DNA from: Candidatus Aenigmatarchaeota archaeon
GTDB taxonomy: Archaea; Aenigmatarchaeota; Aenigmatarchaeia; GW2011-AR5
Length of the DNA stretch: 64,000 nucleotides
NCBI GenBank assembly: GCA_016198685.1
Contig: JACQID010000008.1
Location: forward strand, 64,001-128,000
Direction of reading: 5' to 3'
Numbering within the stretch: position 1 is the first letter of the stretch; each line of letters opens with the position of its first letter. A program made the position numbers and the translations under genes. Positions 18,765-27,747 of the stretch are shown here, in pieces. The notes under the pieces are model-generated. The model was given only the letters and a program-made list of their open reading frames with translations, was not told the origin of the DNA and searched no databases.

Positions 18765-19697
18765 TTATATCCCGCCGGCTCGAGTTTCTTCGAGGTACTT
18801 GATTATCATGTTTGTCATTGGCCTTAGGTCGGACTTGTTGCCGGCCTCCAGAGTGGCATAATACGTCGCCCTTTCCCTGCTCTTTATGTTTATCATGGGC
18901 AGGCCGCTCTTCCGCAGGGTGAAATTAAGCAGGAGCCTGCCAACACGACCATTGCCGTCCCGGAATGGGTGTATCGATTCAAAGACGTGATGGAAATAGG
19001 CGGCTATAACGACCGGATGATATTTTTTCTTGTTTGACCTGTACCATAACATCAGATGCTTGAACTGTTTCTGTACTTCGCCTGGGGGCGGCGGAGTGAA
19101 GCTGGCCCCCCTTACATAAACCTGAATGTCCCTGAATCTGCCTGAATGCTTCCATAGAATATTATGCATTAGGAGTTTGTGAAGCTTCAGAACAAAAGCC
19201 CTGTTTATGTCACCTTTGTATGAAAGCATGTAGTCGAAAGCGTCTTTGTGGTTCTGGACCTCGCTTATTTCCCTCAGGGTTTTTCCTTTAGGAACTACCT
19301 TGTCAAAAAGTATCATTCCGGTTTCCTGGAGGGTGATCGTAGAGCCCTCTATGGCGTTAGTGTCGTAAGTGAACTCCGTGACAAAATGCTCATAGTAGTT
19401 TTCGTAAACGCTATTAGTCACTTTCGGCTTGTTTTTCAGGTAAGATTCCTTGATCTGGTTCAAGCGTTTTTTCTGGTCTTCTGAAATGAGTCCGAAAAGC
19501 GGATCTGACTGCATCTTTGCTTCGTTGACTTTTGCGGTTAATTCTGATTTTTTTGCCTTCATGCGTTTTTCAATTTCTTTCTTTGTGAGATCTTTTCCAA
19601 GATAAATCCTCACCTTTTTCCATCTGCCTCCTTGGCGCACATTGTTAACAATATAAAAATATGCACCATGTCCTCTTTTCTGCTTCTCAGTATACAT
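18765..19697 (-). CDS. Fic family protein with N-terminal putative DNA-binding domain
   Basis: HPFRDGNGRVGR Fic motif, TNAIEG inhibitory motif, N-terminal KRGHGAYFY...KVRIYLG; start MYTEK chosen from TATA spacing. Confidence 0.9.
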   Translation of the reverse strand: MYTEKQKRGHGAYFYIVNNVRQGGRWKKVRIYLGKDLTKKEIEKRMKAKKSELTAKVNEAKMQSDPLFGLISEDQKKRLNQIKESYLKNKPKVTNSVYENYYEHFVTEFTYDTNAIEGSTITLQETGMILFDKVVPKGKTLREISEVQNHKDAFDYMLSYKGDINRAFVLKLHKLLMHNILWKHSGRFRDIQVYVRGASFTPPPPGEVQKQFKHLMLWYRSNKKKYHPVVIAAYFHHVFESIHPFRDGNGRVGRLLLNFTLRKSGLPMINIKSRERATYYATLEAGNKSDLRPMTNMIIKYLEETRAGGI

Positions 19698-19705
19698 GCA
19701 GTTTA

Positions 19706-19748
19706 TATGGGCACGCATGAATAAAAAGCTTCGTTATGTGTGCCCATA
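19706..19748. promoter_or_regulatory. Inverted repeat flanking the TATA box of fic-1
   Basis: TATGGGCACGCAT-N17-ATGTGTGCCCATA (12/13 match); spacer reads TTTTTATT on the minus strand. Confidence 0.6.
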
Positions 19749-19880
19749 GGTGACCGCGCTTGTAGTCGCCCCGCCAAATCAACATTTCTGCAACATGCCT
19801 AATCCTTCGGAGTTTATGCAACAATGCGTCTTAACGCAAACTGACAAAGTTAAGAACATAATACATCTAATTATTCACAT

Positions 19881-19993
19881 GCCGGCGTCGCATAACTTGG
19901 CATTGCGCCAGCCTTGAGAGCTGGTGAGTCTCTGACTCTTGCAGGTTCAAATCTGATGCAGTATCTGCTTCAGTGAAAATCCTGCCGCCGGCG
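19881..19993 (+). tRNA. tRNA-Ser(TGA) with 28-nt T-loop intron at 59/60 (19952..19979)
   Basis: Anticodon arm CCAGC-CTTGAGA-GCTGG uninterrupted; T arm GCAGG-TTCAAA|T-CCTGC; strict BHB with TTCA/TGAA helix and AAT/AAT bulges. Confidence 0.93.
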
Positions 19994-20056
19994 TTTTTCT
20001 TCTTCAAAAAATCTTTATAAACGGGCTACCATAAAGTTACTTAGGTGAACGCATAA

Positions 20057-20689
20057 ATGGCATTTCAAAGCATAGGAAGCGTTCTGACAGACTTGGCCAC
20101 AGAAACCATAACCTTTGTGCCGAACCTTGTTGGAGCAATAGTACTGCTCGTGATAGGTTTGGTTGTAGGTAAGGTTGTAGGCAGAGTCGTTAAGGAAGTC
20201 TTAAGCAAGGTAAAGCTGGACTACTATCTGACAGAAACAGAAAGGCCTGTGATAAGCATATCCAACCTATTCGCTCTCATAACACGATGGTGGATATATG
20301 TGGCCTTTATTGTAGCGGCTGTAGACACGCTGCGCATACCCTCACTTTCCGCGTGGCTTACCCAAATCCTGCACTTCCTGCCCAACGTTGTCGGAGCTAC
20401 GACAGTGATGGTCGTGGGCTACGTACTTGCTGAGTTCGTCAAGGACCAGCTGAAGAAGGTTGGAAAGTCCTATTCGTTGTTGATAGGCAAAATAACGTTC
20501 TTCTTCATCATGTACGTGGCTATTGCCGTCGCTTTGCCGATACTCCAGATACCCGCAACACTGATAAGCCAGATACTGCTGATAATAATCGCCTCGATGG
20601 GCGCTGGTATTGCAGTTGCGATGGGCCTCGGTCTGAAAGACGCATTGTCTGACGTGTCCAGAAGATACGTCAAGAAGATGAAGGTATGA
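20057..20689 (+). CDS. TM-helix repeat protein (MscS/CmpX-like)
   Basis: Two repeats of F.PN..GA..LLVIG..VG..V; C-terminal AIAVAMGLG. Confidence 0.8.
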   Translation: MAFQSIGSVLTDLATETITFVPNLVGAIVLLVIGLVVGKVVGRVVKEVLSKVKLDYYLTETERPVISISNLFALITRWWIYVAFIVAAVDTLRIPSLSAWLTQILHFLPNVVGATTVMVVGYVLAEFVKDQLKKVGKSYSLLIGKITFFFIMYVAIAVALPILQIPATLISQILLIIIASMGAGIAVAMGLGLKDALSDVSRRYVKKMKV

Positions 20690-20824
20690 GTTTTTCCCTT
20701 TTATTTTCTCTTTAATTTTATTCTTTAAAGTTTTCGTTTCTTATTATAGTGGAGGCATTACGCAGCAAAATATGTCTTTAGGCAGACTGATAATAAGAAT
20801 TAATGTCAGAAGCTCGGTTGCAAA

Positions 20825-20924
20825 GCGCTTGTAGTCTAGTGGCAGGATACGACCTTGCCAAGGTCGAGTTTCGGATCGATAACGGTTCGGACGGCATACC
20901 CGGGTTCAAATCCCGGCAGGCGCA
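20825..20924 (+). tRNA. tRNA-Gly(GCC) with 29-nt variable-loop intron at about 45/46 (20869..20897)
   Basis: Acceptor GCGCTTG/CAGGCGC, CGACC-TTGCCAA-GGTCG; BHB with GTCG/CGGC helix, AGT/ATA bulges and a 9-bp inner stem; spliced product GGTCG-AG|AC-CCGGG. Confidence 0.92.
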
Positions 20925-21053
20925 TACTGGGATTTTCCAAGGACAAGCTTCGCTTCTCCTGGATGTTGAAGACGCCACTTCAACAGAACCGAAGGTTCAT
21001 AGGGAAGACGAAGTCTTCACTGCGCCGGAGGAAGAATGTCCTCCTTGCGAATG

Positions 21054-21066
21054 CCGGCAGGCGCAT
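21054..21066 (+). repeat. Direct repeat of the tRNA-Gly 3' end (att-like)
   Basis: CCGGCAGGCGCAT at 20913..20925 and 21054..21066. Confidence 0.6.
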
Positions 21067-21250
21067 CCAAGAAAAAATTCAAATCCCGGTTTGGCATCAT
21101 GATTTGAACCCTTGAATCATCTGAAGATTTTGATTTTCAGCATCCGAAGAAGCAGAGATTCTCCAGCGAAGATCCCGCAGAGGCGCGTATCTAAATTCAA
21201 AGCCGATTGTAGTGGGATAGATATTTAAGTGGCTGTTCTAGTAGTATTAT

Positions 21251-21757
21251 ATGATATTTCAGAAAAAGAGCGAGATGCAGGAAATAAAAGACGCTCTTTC
21301 CCAGGATAATCCTTCTGTTCAAAAATATTATGGGCGCGAAAATTTTGCTAAAGAGGAGAATCGCCGCGCAGCTGCTCATGAGCCTGTTCGCACAGAAGAC
21401 GATGCAGTTGCTCCGCCGGTCAAAGGAAGCGCCCCGCTTTTTGTCAAGATTGATAAATACTATGATATTCTTAAGGATCTTCAGGAAATGAAAATGTTTC
21501 TGGCAGGGACAAAGCATCTTTATCATGTTCTTGAGGAAGTCGAAAACGTAAGAAACGACACGCTCAAGATAATGCGCGCAACGATACAGCGTCTTGAGAA
21601 GAGCGTTGTAGAAATGGATTCGGGGCTTCTTCGGCCAAGAGAAGATCAGTACCCAACACCTCAGGAAACGCCTGAGGTTCGCCACATAGAAGGCTCATTG
21701 AATGAGCTTCAGGGCCAGCTTGATGTTCTCAAAAAAGAATTGCAGTCCATGAAATAG
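21251..21757 (+). CDS. Coiled-coil hypothetical protein
   Basis: 168-aa ORF, APLFVKIDKY motif followed by heptads. Confidence 0.7.
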   Translation: MIFQKKSEMQEIKDALSQDNPSVQKYYGRENFAKEENRRAAAHEPVRTEDDAVAPPVKGSAPLFVKIDKYYDILKDLQEMKMFLAGTKHLYHVLEEVENVRNDTLKIMRATIQRLEKSVVEMDSGLLRPREDQYPTPQETPEVRHIEGSLNELQGQLDVLKKELQSMK

Positions 21758-21815
21758 TGGAGATTTCTTTTTACCCGCCATCCATTTAAGCCTTGCCATC
21801 TAATTCTTCAATTGC

Positions 21816-21970
21816 GCGGGGGTAGCCAAGTGGCCAAAGGCGCAAGTTGAGTTATAAGGGCATTATGCCCGATGAATGCGAAACTCAAGAAACGCTTTGG
21901 GATATCTTGTCCCTTAGAGAAGAGTAATCTTCGGGGTATGGGTTCGCAGGTTCAAATCCTGCCCCCCGCA
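21816..21970 (+). tRNA. tRNA-Leu(CAA) with three introns: 30/31 (21847..21882), 37/38 (21890..21903), variable arm (about 21918..21938)
   Basis: Acceptor GCGGGGG/CCCCCGC; spliced anticodon arm CAAG|A-CT-CAA-G|A-TCTTG; three BHB motifs (CGCA/TGCG, CTCA/TGGG, CCTT/GGGG); intron-3 boundary uncertain by about 1 nt. Confidence 0.85.
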
Positions 21971-22188
21971 TAGTTTTTAGATTTTTATAATTTCCGTTTT
22001 GATAATTGTTATACCACTAATCAACACCAACGAATTGGTAAGGCATAATGCAGGAAAAAGGCATGGGTCCGATGGTTCTGCAGGAATTTTCATCCTTGCG
22101 TATCCTTTGATTCTCGCGGCAAACTATGTGTGTTCTTTCGGTGTTTGCAAGGGTCATGGAAAGTATATAGGCAACGCTGAAATTTGAA

Positions 22189-23187
22189 TCAAATTCCGTA
22201 TCTCAAGAAGGCGCCCACGCCCCCGAAACTGAGGAAACGCTTTCCTGCATCGTGGTGCGAATCTATTATCTTGACTCTGCCGCCGTATCTTTCAGCGAGT
22301 TTCATCAGGTCCTCATAATCCTGTGCTTTCTCGTCGCTGACAAGCAACATTTCTGCGGCTCCTGCCTCTATTGCCGCTTTGGTTTTTGCAGGGCCGTATG
22401 CGGCTTTGGTACCTTTTGAGACCTCTGCGAAAAAATCCTCAACCAGCTTTGTCTGCTCTGAGACAGAAGAGTCACGGATTATTTTTTCAACTATGCCGCG
22501 GCGCAAAACTTCCTGTATGCCGGCTTCTCCCGCATAGGAGACGCTGTCTGTGTGGACTTTCTTTGCAACTTCCGGCTCTTTGGTTTTCAGTATGTTCATC
22601 ACGTTTTCCTTGGCGAAGCCGGGCCCTGCAAGCACACATGCATGGAACTGTTTGCTCTTGATGTAGCTTATTATGTCGGCATAGTACGCAGATGAATCAT
22701 GTTCTCCCATGCTCTTGCCTGTGCTTCCGTATATTGTAGTCAGCATCTCAAGGCGCTCTGTAAGGAATGCAAAGCCTGCTTCAGCATCGTCTATAGCAGC
22801 GATAAGTATAGGCGGATGACGCGTCTTTGCTTTTTCGAGCTTTTCAATCTCGTAGCCTTTCCATTCTTTTTCTATACTTACCGGCCTGTTGACTTCTATT
22901 TCAAAAGCATGATGCGAGCGGTCACCTTCCGAGGACTCAATGATTATTCCCCCGACCCTCAATTGATCACCTGAAAAATCAATTTTTTCAGCCCGAAGCT
23001 TGACAAAAATCCTGCGCTTTTCACTTCGCACCTCGCGGTCGCCCTGAAGTATTTTTATGCTTCTGACCGTATAGCCAGAGACAGAAGTTCCTGGATTTAT
23101 TATTTTTTCCAGTACCCACAGATCATCCTGATTCTCAGGAATGACCGTGATAACGCCATGCTTGAGGTCCTTTTCCGTTATCTTCAT
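22189..23187 (-). CDS. pelA: mRNA surveillance protein pelota
   Basis: PENQDDLWVL, LRVGGII, HHAFEI, VLAGPGFAK, FGGVGAFLRY. Confidence 0.93.
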   Translation of the reverse strand: MKITEKDLKHGVITVIPENQDDLWVLEKIINPGTSVSGYTVRSIKILQGDREVRSEKRRIFVKLRAEKIDFSGDQLRVGGIIIESSEGDRSHHAFEIEVNRPVSIEKEWKGYEIEKLEKAKTRHPPILIAAIDDAEAGFAFLTERLEMLTTIYGSTGKSMGEHDSSAYYADIISYIKSKQFHACVLAGPGFAKENVMNILKTKEPEVAKKVHTDSVSYAGEAGIQEVLRRGIVEKIIRDSSVSEQTKLVEDFFAEVSKGTKAAYGPAKTKAAIEAGAAEMLLVSDEKAQDYEDLMKLAERYGGRVKIIDSHHDAGKRFLSFGGVGAFLRYGI

Positions 23188-23248
23188 GTTTCTAAGGTGC
23201 AGGAAAGCGATTTATATGCCTTGCAGATAATTATTTGCAGGTGCGCGG

Positions 23249-24376
23249 ATGGCTGAACTCGATACATTTACAATTTTTCTTGTTCTAGGCCTTGCCATGA
23301 TAATCGTGGGCATACTCGTATTCTCATCGGCAGAGACCTCTTTCATCGGCGGCATACTGCCCGGAAGCCAACGAACCGTAGTCAGCTCTTCTGTCGATGA
23401 ATCCTTTTCCGTGGGTCCTGAGAACGTCGAAACGGCTCTTCCTTATCGCATATCATTTAACGTGAGCAATCTTCGTGCTCCTGCAGTCCATGCCCTGGAA
23501 GACGGCCGCATATTCTCAGGCGTGCTCTTCGGATCCGGCTCGATGAAATACACGCTTGACACTAATGTCCCCCAGTTCATGACCATAAATTTCACAGTCA
23601 CCAAGACCAATTCTTATGCCCCTCTGATCATAAAAATAAACGGCAAGGAGGCGATGCGTAAACTGCTTTCGGCTGGCGATTACTCGTTTAATATTGATAA
23701 GGAATTGCTCTCTGACACGATGGAGATAGAAATAGGCGCTGAAGGGTCTGGATGGAAAATATGGGCTCCTGCAGTTTATGACCTTTCCAGCGTGCGGATA
23801 ACCGTTGATACGTTCAATGAGCGTTCTTATATCTACAAGTTCGATCTTTCCGGCAAATACGATACTTTCAAGCGCGGCAGAATAGTTCTTAATTTCATCG
23901 AAAACCGCGGCAGTCTTTCAGTGCCCCTCAATGGCGTTGAAATATTCGATGAGCCCCCTGCAAACTCACAGAACATAGAGTTCTATAAAGACCGTGTCAG
24001 GAACGGCGTCAATTCCCTGGAATTCCGCGCGTCTGAAGGTTCTTCTTTTCTTGCTAATGGCGCGATGACAATAGCCTACGTCACTACGCAAGAAAACAAG
24101 CTTGTCCAGCCCTTCAACGTCAGCAATTCGACTTATCGCAGCTTCAAGAGCGGCGAATTGCGTTTTGAGGTTACAGGAGTTTCGAAAGACGGCGGGATAG
24201 GCGTGTTGATAATGAACGGGATGGGTACGACTTTCAGCCGCTTTGAAACTGTAAGTCCCGGTGAGTACAGGTATGCTTTTAACGCAACAAACATCGCCAT
24301 GGGCAAGAACGATCTTGTCATAGAGTCCGCAGGCGGCGCGGTCTTTTCCGTGAGGAACGTCCGCATAACCGTATAA
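23249..24376 (+). CDS. N-terminally anchored extracellular beta-rich protein
   Basis: N-terminal TM (FTIFLVLGLAMIIVGILVF) then repeated beta-sandwich-like segments ending GxN.L.(F/I). Confidence 0.7.
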   Translation: MAELDTFTIFLVLGLAMIIVGILVFSSAETSFIGGILPGSQRTVVSSSVDESFSVGPENVETALPYRISFNVSNLRAPAVHALEDGRIFSGVLFGSGSMKYTLDTNVPQFMTINFTVTKTNSYAPLIIKINGKEAMRKLLSAGDYSFNIDKELLSDTMEIEIGAEGSGWKIWAPAVYDLSSVRITVDTFNERSYIYKFDLSGKYDTFKRGRIVLNFIENRGSLSVPLNGVEIFDEPPANSQNIEFYKDRVRNGVNSLEFRASEGSSFLANGAMTIAYVTTQENKLVQPFNVSNSTYRSFKSGELRFEVTGVSKDGGIGVLIMNGMGTTFSRFETVSPGEYRYAFNATNIAMGKNDLVIESAGGAVFSVRNVRITV

Positions 24377-24448
24377 TCTATTTATTGCGCTTTTTCCAAG
24401 TATTGCCAGAGAACCATGGAATTAGGTTTAGCTATAGCGGTGTGATGG

Positions 24449-27400
24449 ATGCCTATCAAAAATGAAGAGCGGGATAAAATAGTAAAGGATGCTCTGGCTT
24501 CCATGATAGTCGGCATAGCGCCTGCGCAGGTTTATGCCAATATAGTAACTGACATATTGGCGATATACCCAACGATGTCTCATCATGAAGTAAACGAAAT
24601 AGCATATGATATCTCCCAAGAAGTGCGCATCGAATTCCGAGTGAATCAGGGCAAGCTACGTCTCGCGGAAGAGCGTGAAGGCTGGACACAGAGTCAAATA
24701 GCGGGTCAAGGCAGGGTAATCAGAGGGCAGCGGGCAGTGGAGAACGGTCCTGTCGCACCGGCCATACGGGATTATCGTTATGCAAGGCAGGATGTAAAAA
24801 ATGCGGTTGGGGCAAGTACCGACTGGTGGAAGCGGAGGAAGGCGTCCGCTCTTTCTTTTCTTGGTGACGAGTCCGGTGCGGCACAGCAATTACGCGAAGC
24901 CGAGCAATACAGGCGACGTCGGGAGATAGACGACATGATTGACGTGTTGCGTCGGGAGATAGACGACATGAAATCGCAATTCTCCCTTCAGCCCGTTGGT
25001 GGTCGCGACCGCGAAACGTTAAAACATGATATAGACGAACGTCTGGAGAGGATAGAGAAGCTCAACGAGGAAAAGTCGAAATACTACTATACGCCGAGCG
25101 GCGCCATGCGTGCAGGTGCCCGCTCGCTCGGTCGCCCACTCATGGGCAGGGTTGCAAACGCTTCTTCCGGATGGAACCTGAACAGCGAGCAGGCCATGCA
25201 TCCGCTTGCCAGAAGCCGTGTGAACAAGGCCCGGCAGAAGTTGCGCAAAGAAGGAGACGAGATGTTCAAGGAACTTATGGAAGGTGCAGAAAAGGAAATA
25301 AGGCGGGAAGAAGAATCGTTTGAAGCGGCAAAAAAGAAATATGAGAAGGAAAAGGAAGCCGCAGCAAAATTTGTAGTCGGAACGACTGGAAATCATAGGA
25401 GTTTTTTGGATAATCTTGCTGGACATAATGACAATGAAAAATTCGGCGCGTTGCAAGGCGAAGTAAGAGCCAACATGAAGACGTCGGCGGATCGTGTATA
25501 CATAGAAAATCTCAGAGAAGCATTCACCGAGTATCAAGCTGCCAGGAAAAGTTTGGAAGACTTCCGTAAGAGCGCCTTCACACGGGACAGAACTCTTTAT
25601 GGTCTTCATCTGGTAGAAGAGAAGCTAAACAAAATAATCGGGGAACTACTTGAAGAGAACGCCCTCGGGGAAACGGATGCTGCAGGAAATTTCCATGGAA
25701 TAAAAGCGGCGGAGGAGATGCTTCACAGGGAGCGCGATATACTCATGTTCAAATACAGGGCTCGCTACCGCAACAAAGTCATGAGAGGAGTTGCAAATCT
25801 TCGCCTCTTTGCCCGAAACATGGCAATGGGCACCATGACATGGGGGGACGTGTGGCTCACGTTCTGGTACAATATCCGTGATTTCCTGTTCGGTCCGTGG
25901 ATATGGGGTAGCCTTGTTGTCATGCTTGAATGGATGCTCGTGGGCAGCTACATATCGCAGATAGCGCCTAGCGCGCTTTACTTTGTTGCGCCGATAGGAA
26001 TGGGAGGCCTTACGCTGCTTCTTAACATAGAAGGCTCAATGTCAAGGCCATGGGATTGGCTCACGCATTTTGTTTCCGGCATGCTCATAGGTTTCAGTGC
26101 CGTCATAATGGCCGTGGCCGTGATAACGCCGGAAGACATGGCGGGCTGGGACAACAGGGAATGGTTCCAGTTCTGGTTCATATGGGGCGGCGCCACGATG
26201 TTCATAGGCATATTCAGCTTTTACAATACAGGCGGCTTCCTCTTTGTATTCCAGCTCTCGGTCCTGATAATGCTGTTCGGATGGTTTGCCCTCGGACCGT
26301 ATAGAGGGGTGTATGCGGAGATCGTAGATCAGATACGGGCGCCTATCCTATTCGTCTATAATTCCTTCCGTGACGCTTTTACTGACGTATGGCTTCTAGC
26401 GACAAACCCGCAGGAATATTTCGCAAGGCAACAGCTCAAGAATGTCCGTGCGGCACAGGGCGTGAGCCTGCCTGACGGCGTAGAAATAGAAAGAATAGAC
26501 TTGCAGCCGCCAAACCCTGCACTCTCCGAGAAAGGCGGCGTCAAGCAGTCGTTCTCGGCTTCTCTTGAGATAAGAAACAAAGGAAAAGCCGATGCAAGGA
26601 ACGTGGTTGCGTGGGTTGAGTGCGACGCATTCTGCACGACGGCAACCATAGGCAACATAGATTACGTCGGCTGGCTAAAGGACATAAAGAATGCCGATAC
26701 AAGGAATCCGAACACAAAAATATCGCCTGAGTTGATAGCAGCAGCCAAGGCAGTGTCCGACAATGATCCGAAACAAGCTGAAGAATTTCTCAAAGGCTCG
26801 GGTCTCATAGAAGAAACAGTAGATAGCCCGGGGCCTTTTGTCAGGGCCGGAGGGGCCACTCTCAAGGCAGCAGCCGATGTCGCGACCGAAATAATAAAAT
26901 CGCCACAATGGATAGGGGCAAGCATAGATGCCCTTAAGGAAATCCGGGACAAGGGAAGCATGCATGCAAAGTCTCAGGCTGTGGGTTTCAAGGTCCGTGA
27001 TGCCATGCGTCCAAGCGAGGCAGCAGTGCAGACCATCACGAATATCGGCTCGCACGAAATAAGCCCTGACAGCAAGGCATATCTTTTGGTGTCTTCGCTC
27101 AAGGCTCATGTCGAATACGATTACTCGGCATCGTCAACTCTTGCGGTCAAGGTTGCGTCAAACGAGGAATACAACCAGATCCTGCGCGAAGGGCTTCTTG
27201 AAAACGTAGTTGCAAGAGGCAGCCCGACCACCGCGCAAATATCGCTAAGCGTAGGAAGGCAACCTCTGAAAGCAGGGCAGCAATATGATCTTGTCGTATC
27301 TGTAATCAACACGAGGCCCGACGGCCACGTTTATCTTGATTCCACAACGCCGATAAACATATCAATTCCTGCGTCAATGGCTACAAGTTTGTCATGCCTG

Positions 27401-27742
27401 ACTTTGGACGGCGAGTATACACCTGCTACTCCTGATACGAAAGAAGGTGCCTATAAAATATCTTACGCGCCTGGCGCAAACGTAGACATAAAGCCAAGCA
27501 AATTCTCTTCATTATTCGCGTTTACGTGCAAGTTTACAACGCCTGCCACGATAGACGCAGTAAAGACAGGTCTTATAACAGCGAAGCTTGATACATACAG
27601 GTTCAGGACAACAAAAGATATCAATGTCCGCTACTCGCCGCCGGTCGGAGTTTCCGGGCTCTTGGACAAGGGCGTAGTGATACAGGATAGCGTGACAACA
27701 ACACTGCCTTCTGCGTCTTCATCGCCGGTTGTCATCGGTTAG
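24449..27742 (+). CDS. Large membrane protein: coiled-coil N-terminus, about 5-6 TM helices, C-terminal CARDB-like domain of the lipoprotein-array family
   Basis: 1097 aa; charged helical N-terminal ~440 aa; aromatic-rich TM block; LEIRNKGKADARNV, VEYDYSASSTLAV, AKLDTYRFRTTKDINV. Confidence 0.75.
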   Translation: MPIKNEERDKIVKDALASMIVGIAPAQVYANIVTDILAIYPTMSHHEVNEIAYDISQEVRIEFRVNQGKLRLAEEREGWTQSQIAGQGRVIRGQRAVENGPVAPAIRDYRYARQDVKNAVGASTDWWKRRKASALSFLGDESGAAQQLREAEQYRRRREIDDMIDVLRREIDDMKSQFSLQPVGGRDRETLKHDIDERLERIEKLNEEKSKYYYTPSGAMRAGARSLGRPLMGRVANASSGWNLNSEQAMHPLARSRVNKARQKLRKEGDEMFKELMEGAEKEIRREEESFEAAKKKYEKEKEAAAKFVVGTTGNHRSFLDNLAGHNDNEKFGALQGEVRANMKTSADRVYIENLREAFTEYQAARKSLEDFRKSAFTRDRTLYGLHLVEEKLNKIIGELLEENALGETDAAGNFHGIKAAEEMLHRERDILMFKYRARYRNKVMRGVANLRLFARNMAMGTMTWGDVWLTFWYNIRDFLFGPWIWGSLVVMLEWMLVGSYISQIAPSALYFVAPIGMGGLTLLLNIEGSMSRPWDWLTHFVSGMLIGFSAVIMAVAVITPEDMAGWDNREWFQFWFIWGGATMFIGIFSFYNTGGFLFVFQLSVLIMLFGWFALGPYRGVYAEIVDQIRAPILFVYNSFRDAFTDVWLLATNPQEYFARQQLKNVRAAQGVSLPDGVEIERIDLQPPNPALSEKGGVKQSFSASLEIRNKGKADARNVVAWVECDAFCTTATIGNIDYVGWLKDIKNADTRNPNTKISPELIAAAKAVSDNDPKQAEEFLKGSGLIEETVDSPGPFVRAGGATLKAAADVATEIIKSPQWIGASIDALKEIRDKGSMHAKSQAVGFKVRDAMRPSEAAVQTITNIGSHEISPDSKAYLLVSSLKAHVEYDYSASSTLAVKVASNEEYNQILREGLLENVVARGSPTTAQISLSVGRQPLKAGQQYDLVVSVINTRPDGHVYLDSTTPINISIPASMATSLSCLTLDGEYTPATPDTKEGAYKISYAPGANVDIKPSKFSSLFAFTCKFTTPATIDAVKTGLITAKLDTYRFRTTKDINVRYSPPVGVSGLLDKGVVIQDSVTTTLPSASSSPVVIG
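24917..24971 (+). repeat. 22-nt direct repeat, 33-nt period, in coding sequence
   Basis: CGTCGGGAGATAGACGACATGA at 24917..24938 and 24950..24971 (RREIDDM twice). Confidence 0.85.
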
Positions 27743-27747
27743 AGGAA

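Noticed and set aside
18769-18780. att-like copy of the tRNA-Ser 3' end (CGCCGGC) at the end of fic-1
   Set aside because: A 7-nt match within coding sequence is expected by chance
20803-21115. ORF-track proteins 20803..21102 and 20855..21115
   Set aside because: They run through tRNA-Gly and have no protein-like motifs; treated as spurious
20925-21195. RNase P RNA or SRP RNA
   Set aside because: Could not find the conserved GAGGAAAGUCC-type P4 motif or the SRP helix-8 motif on either strand
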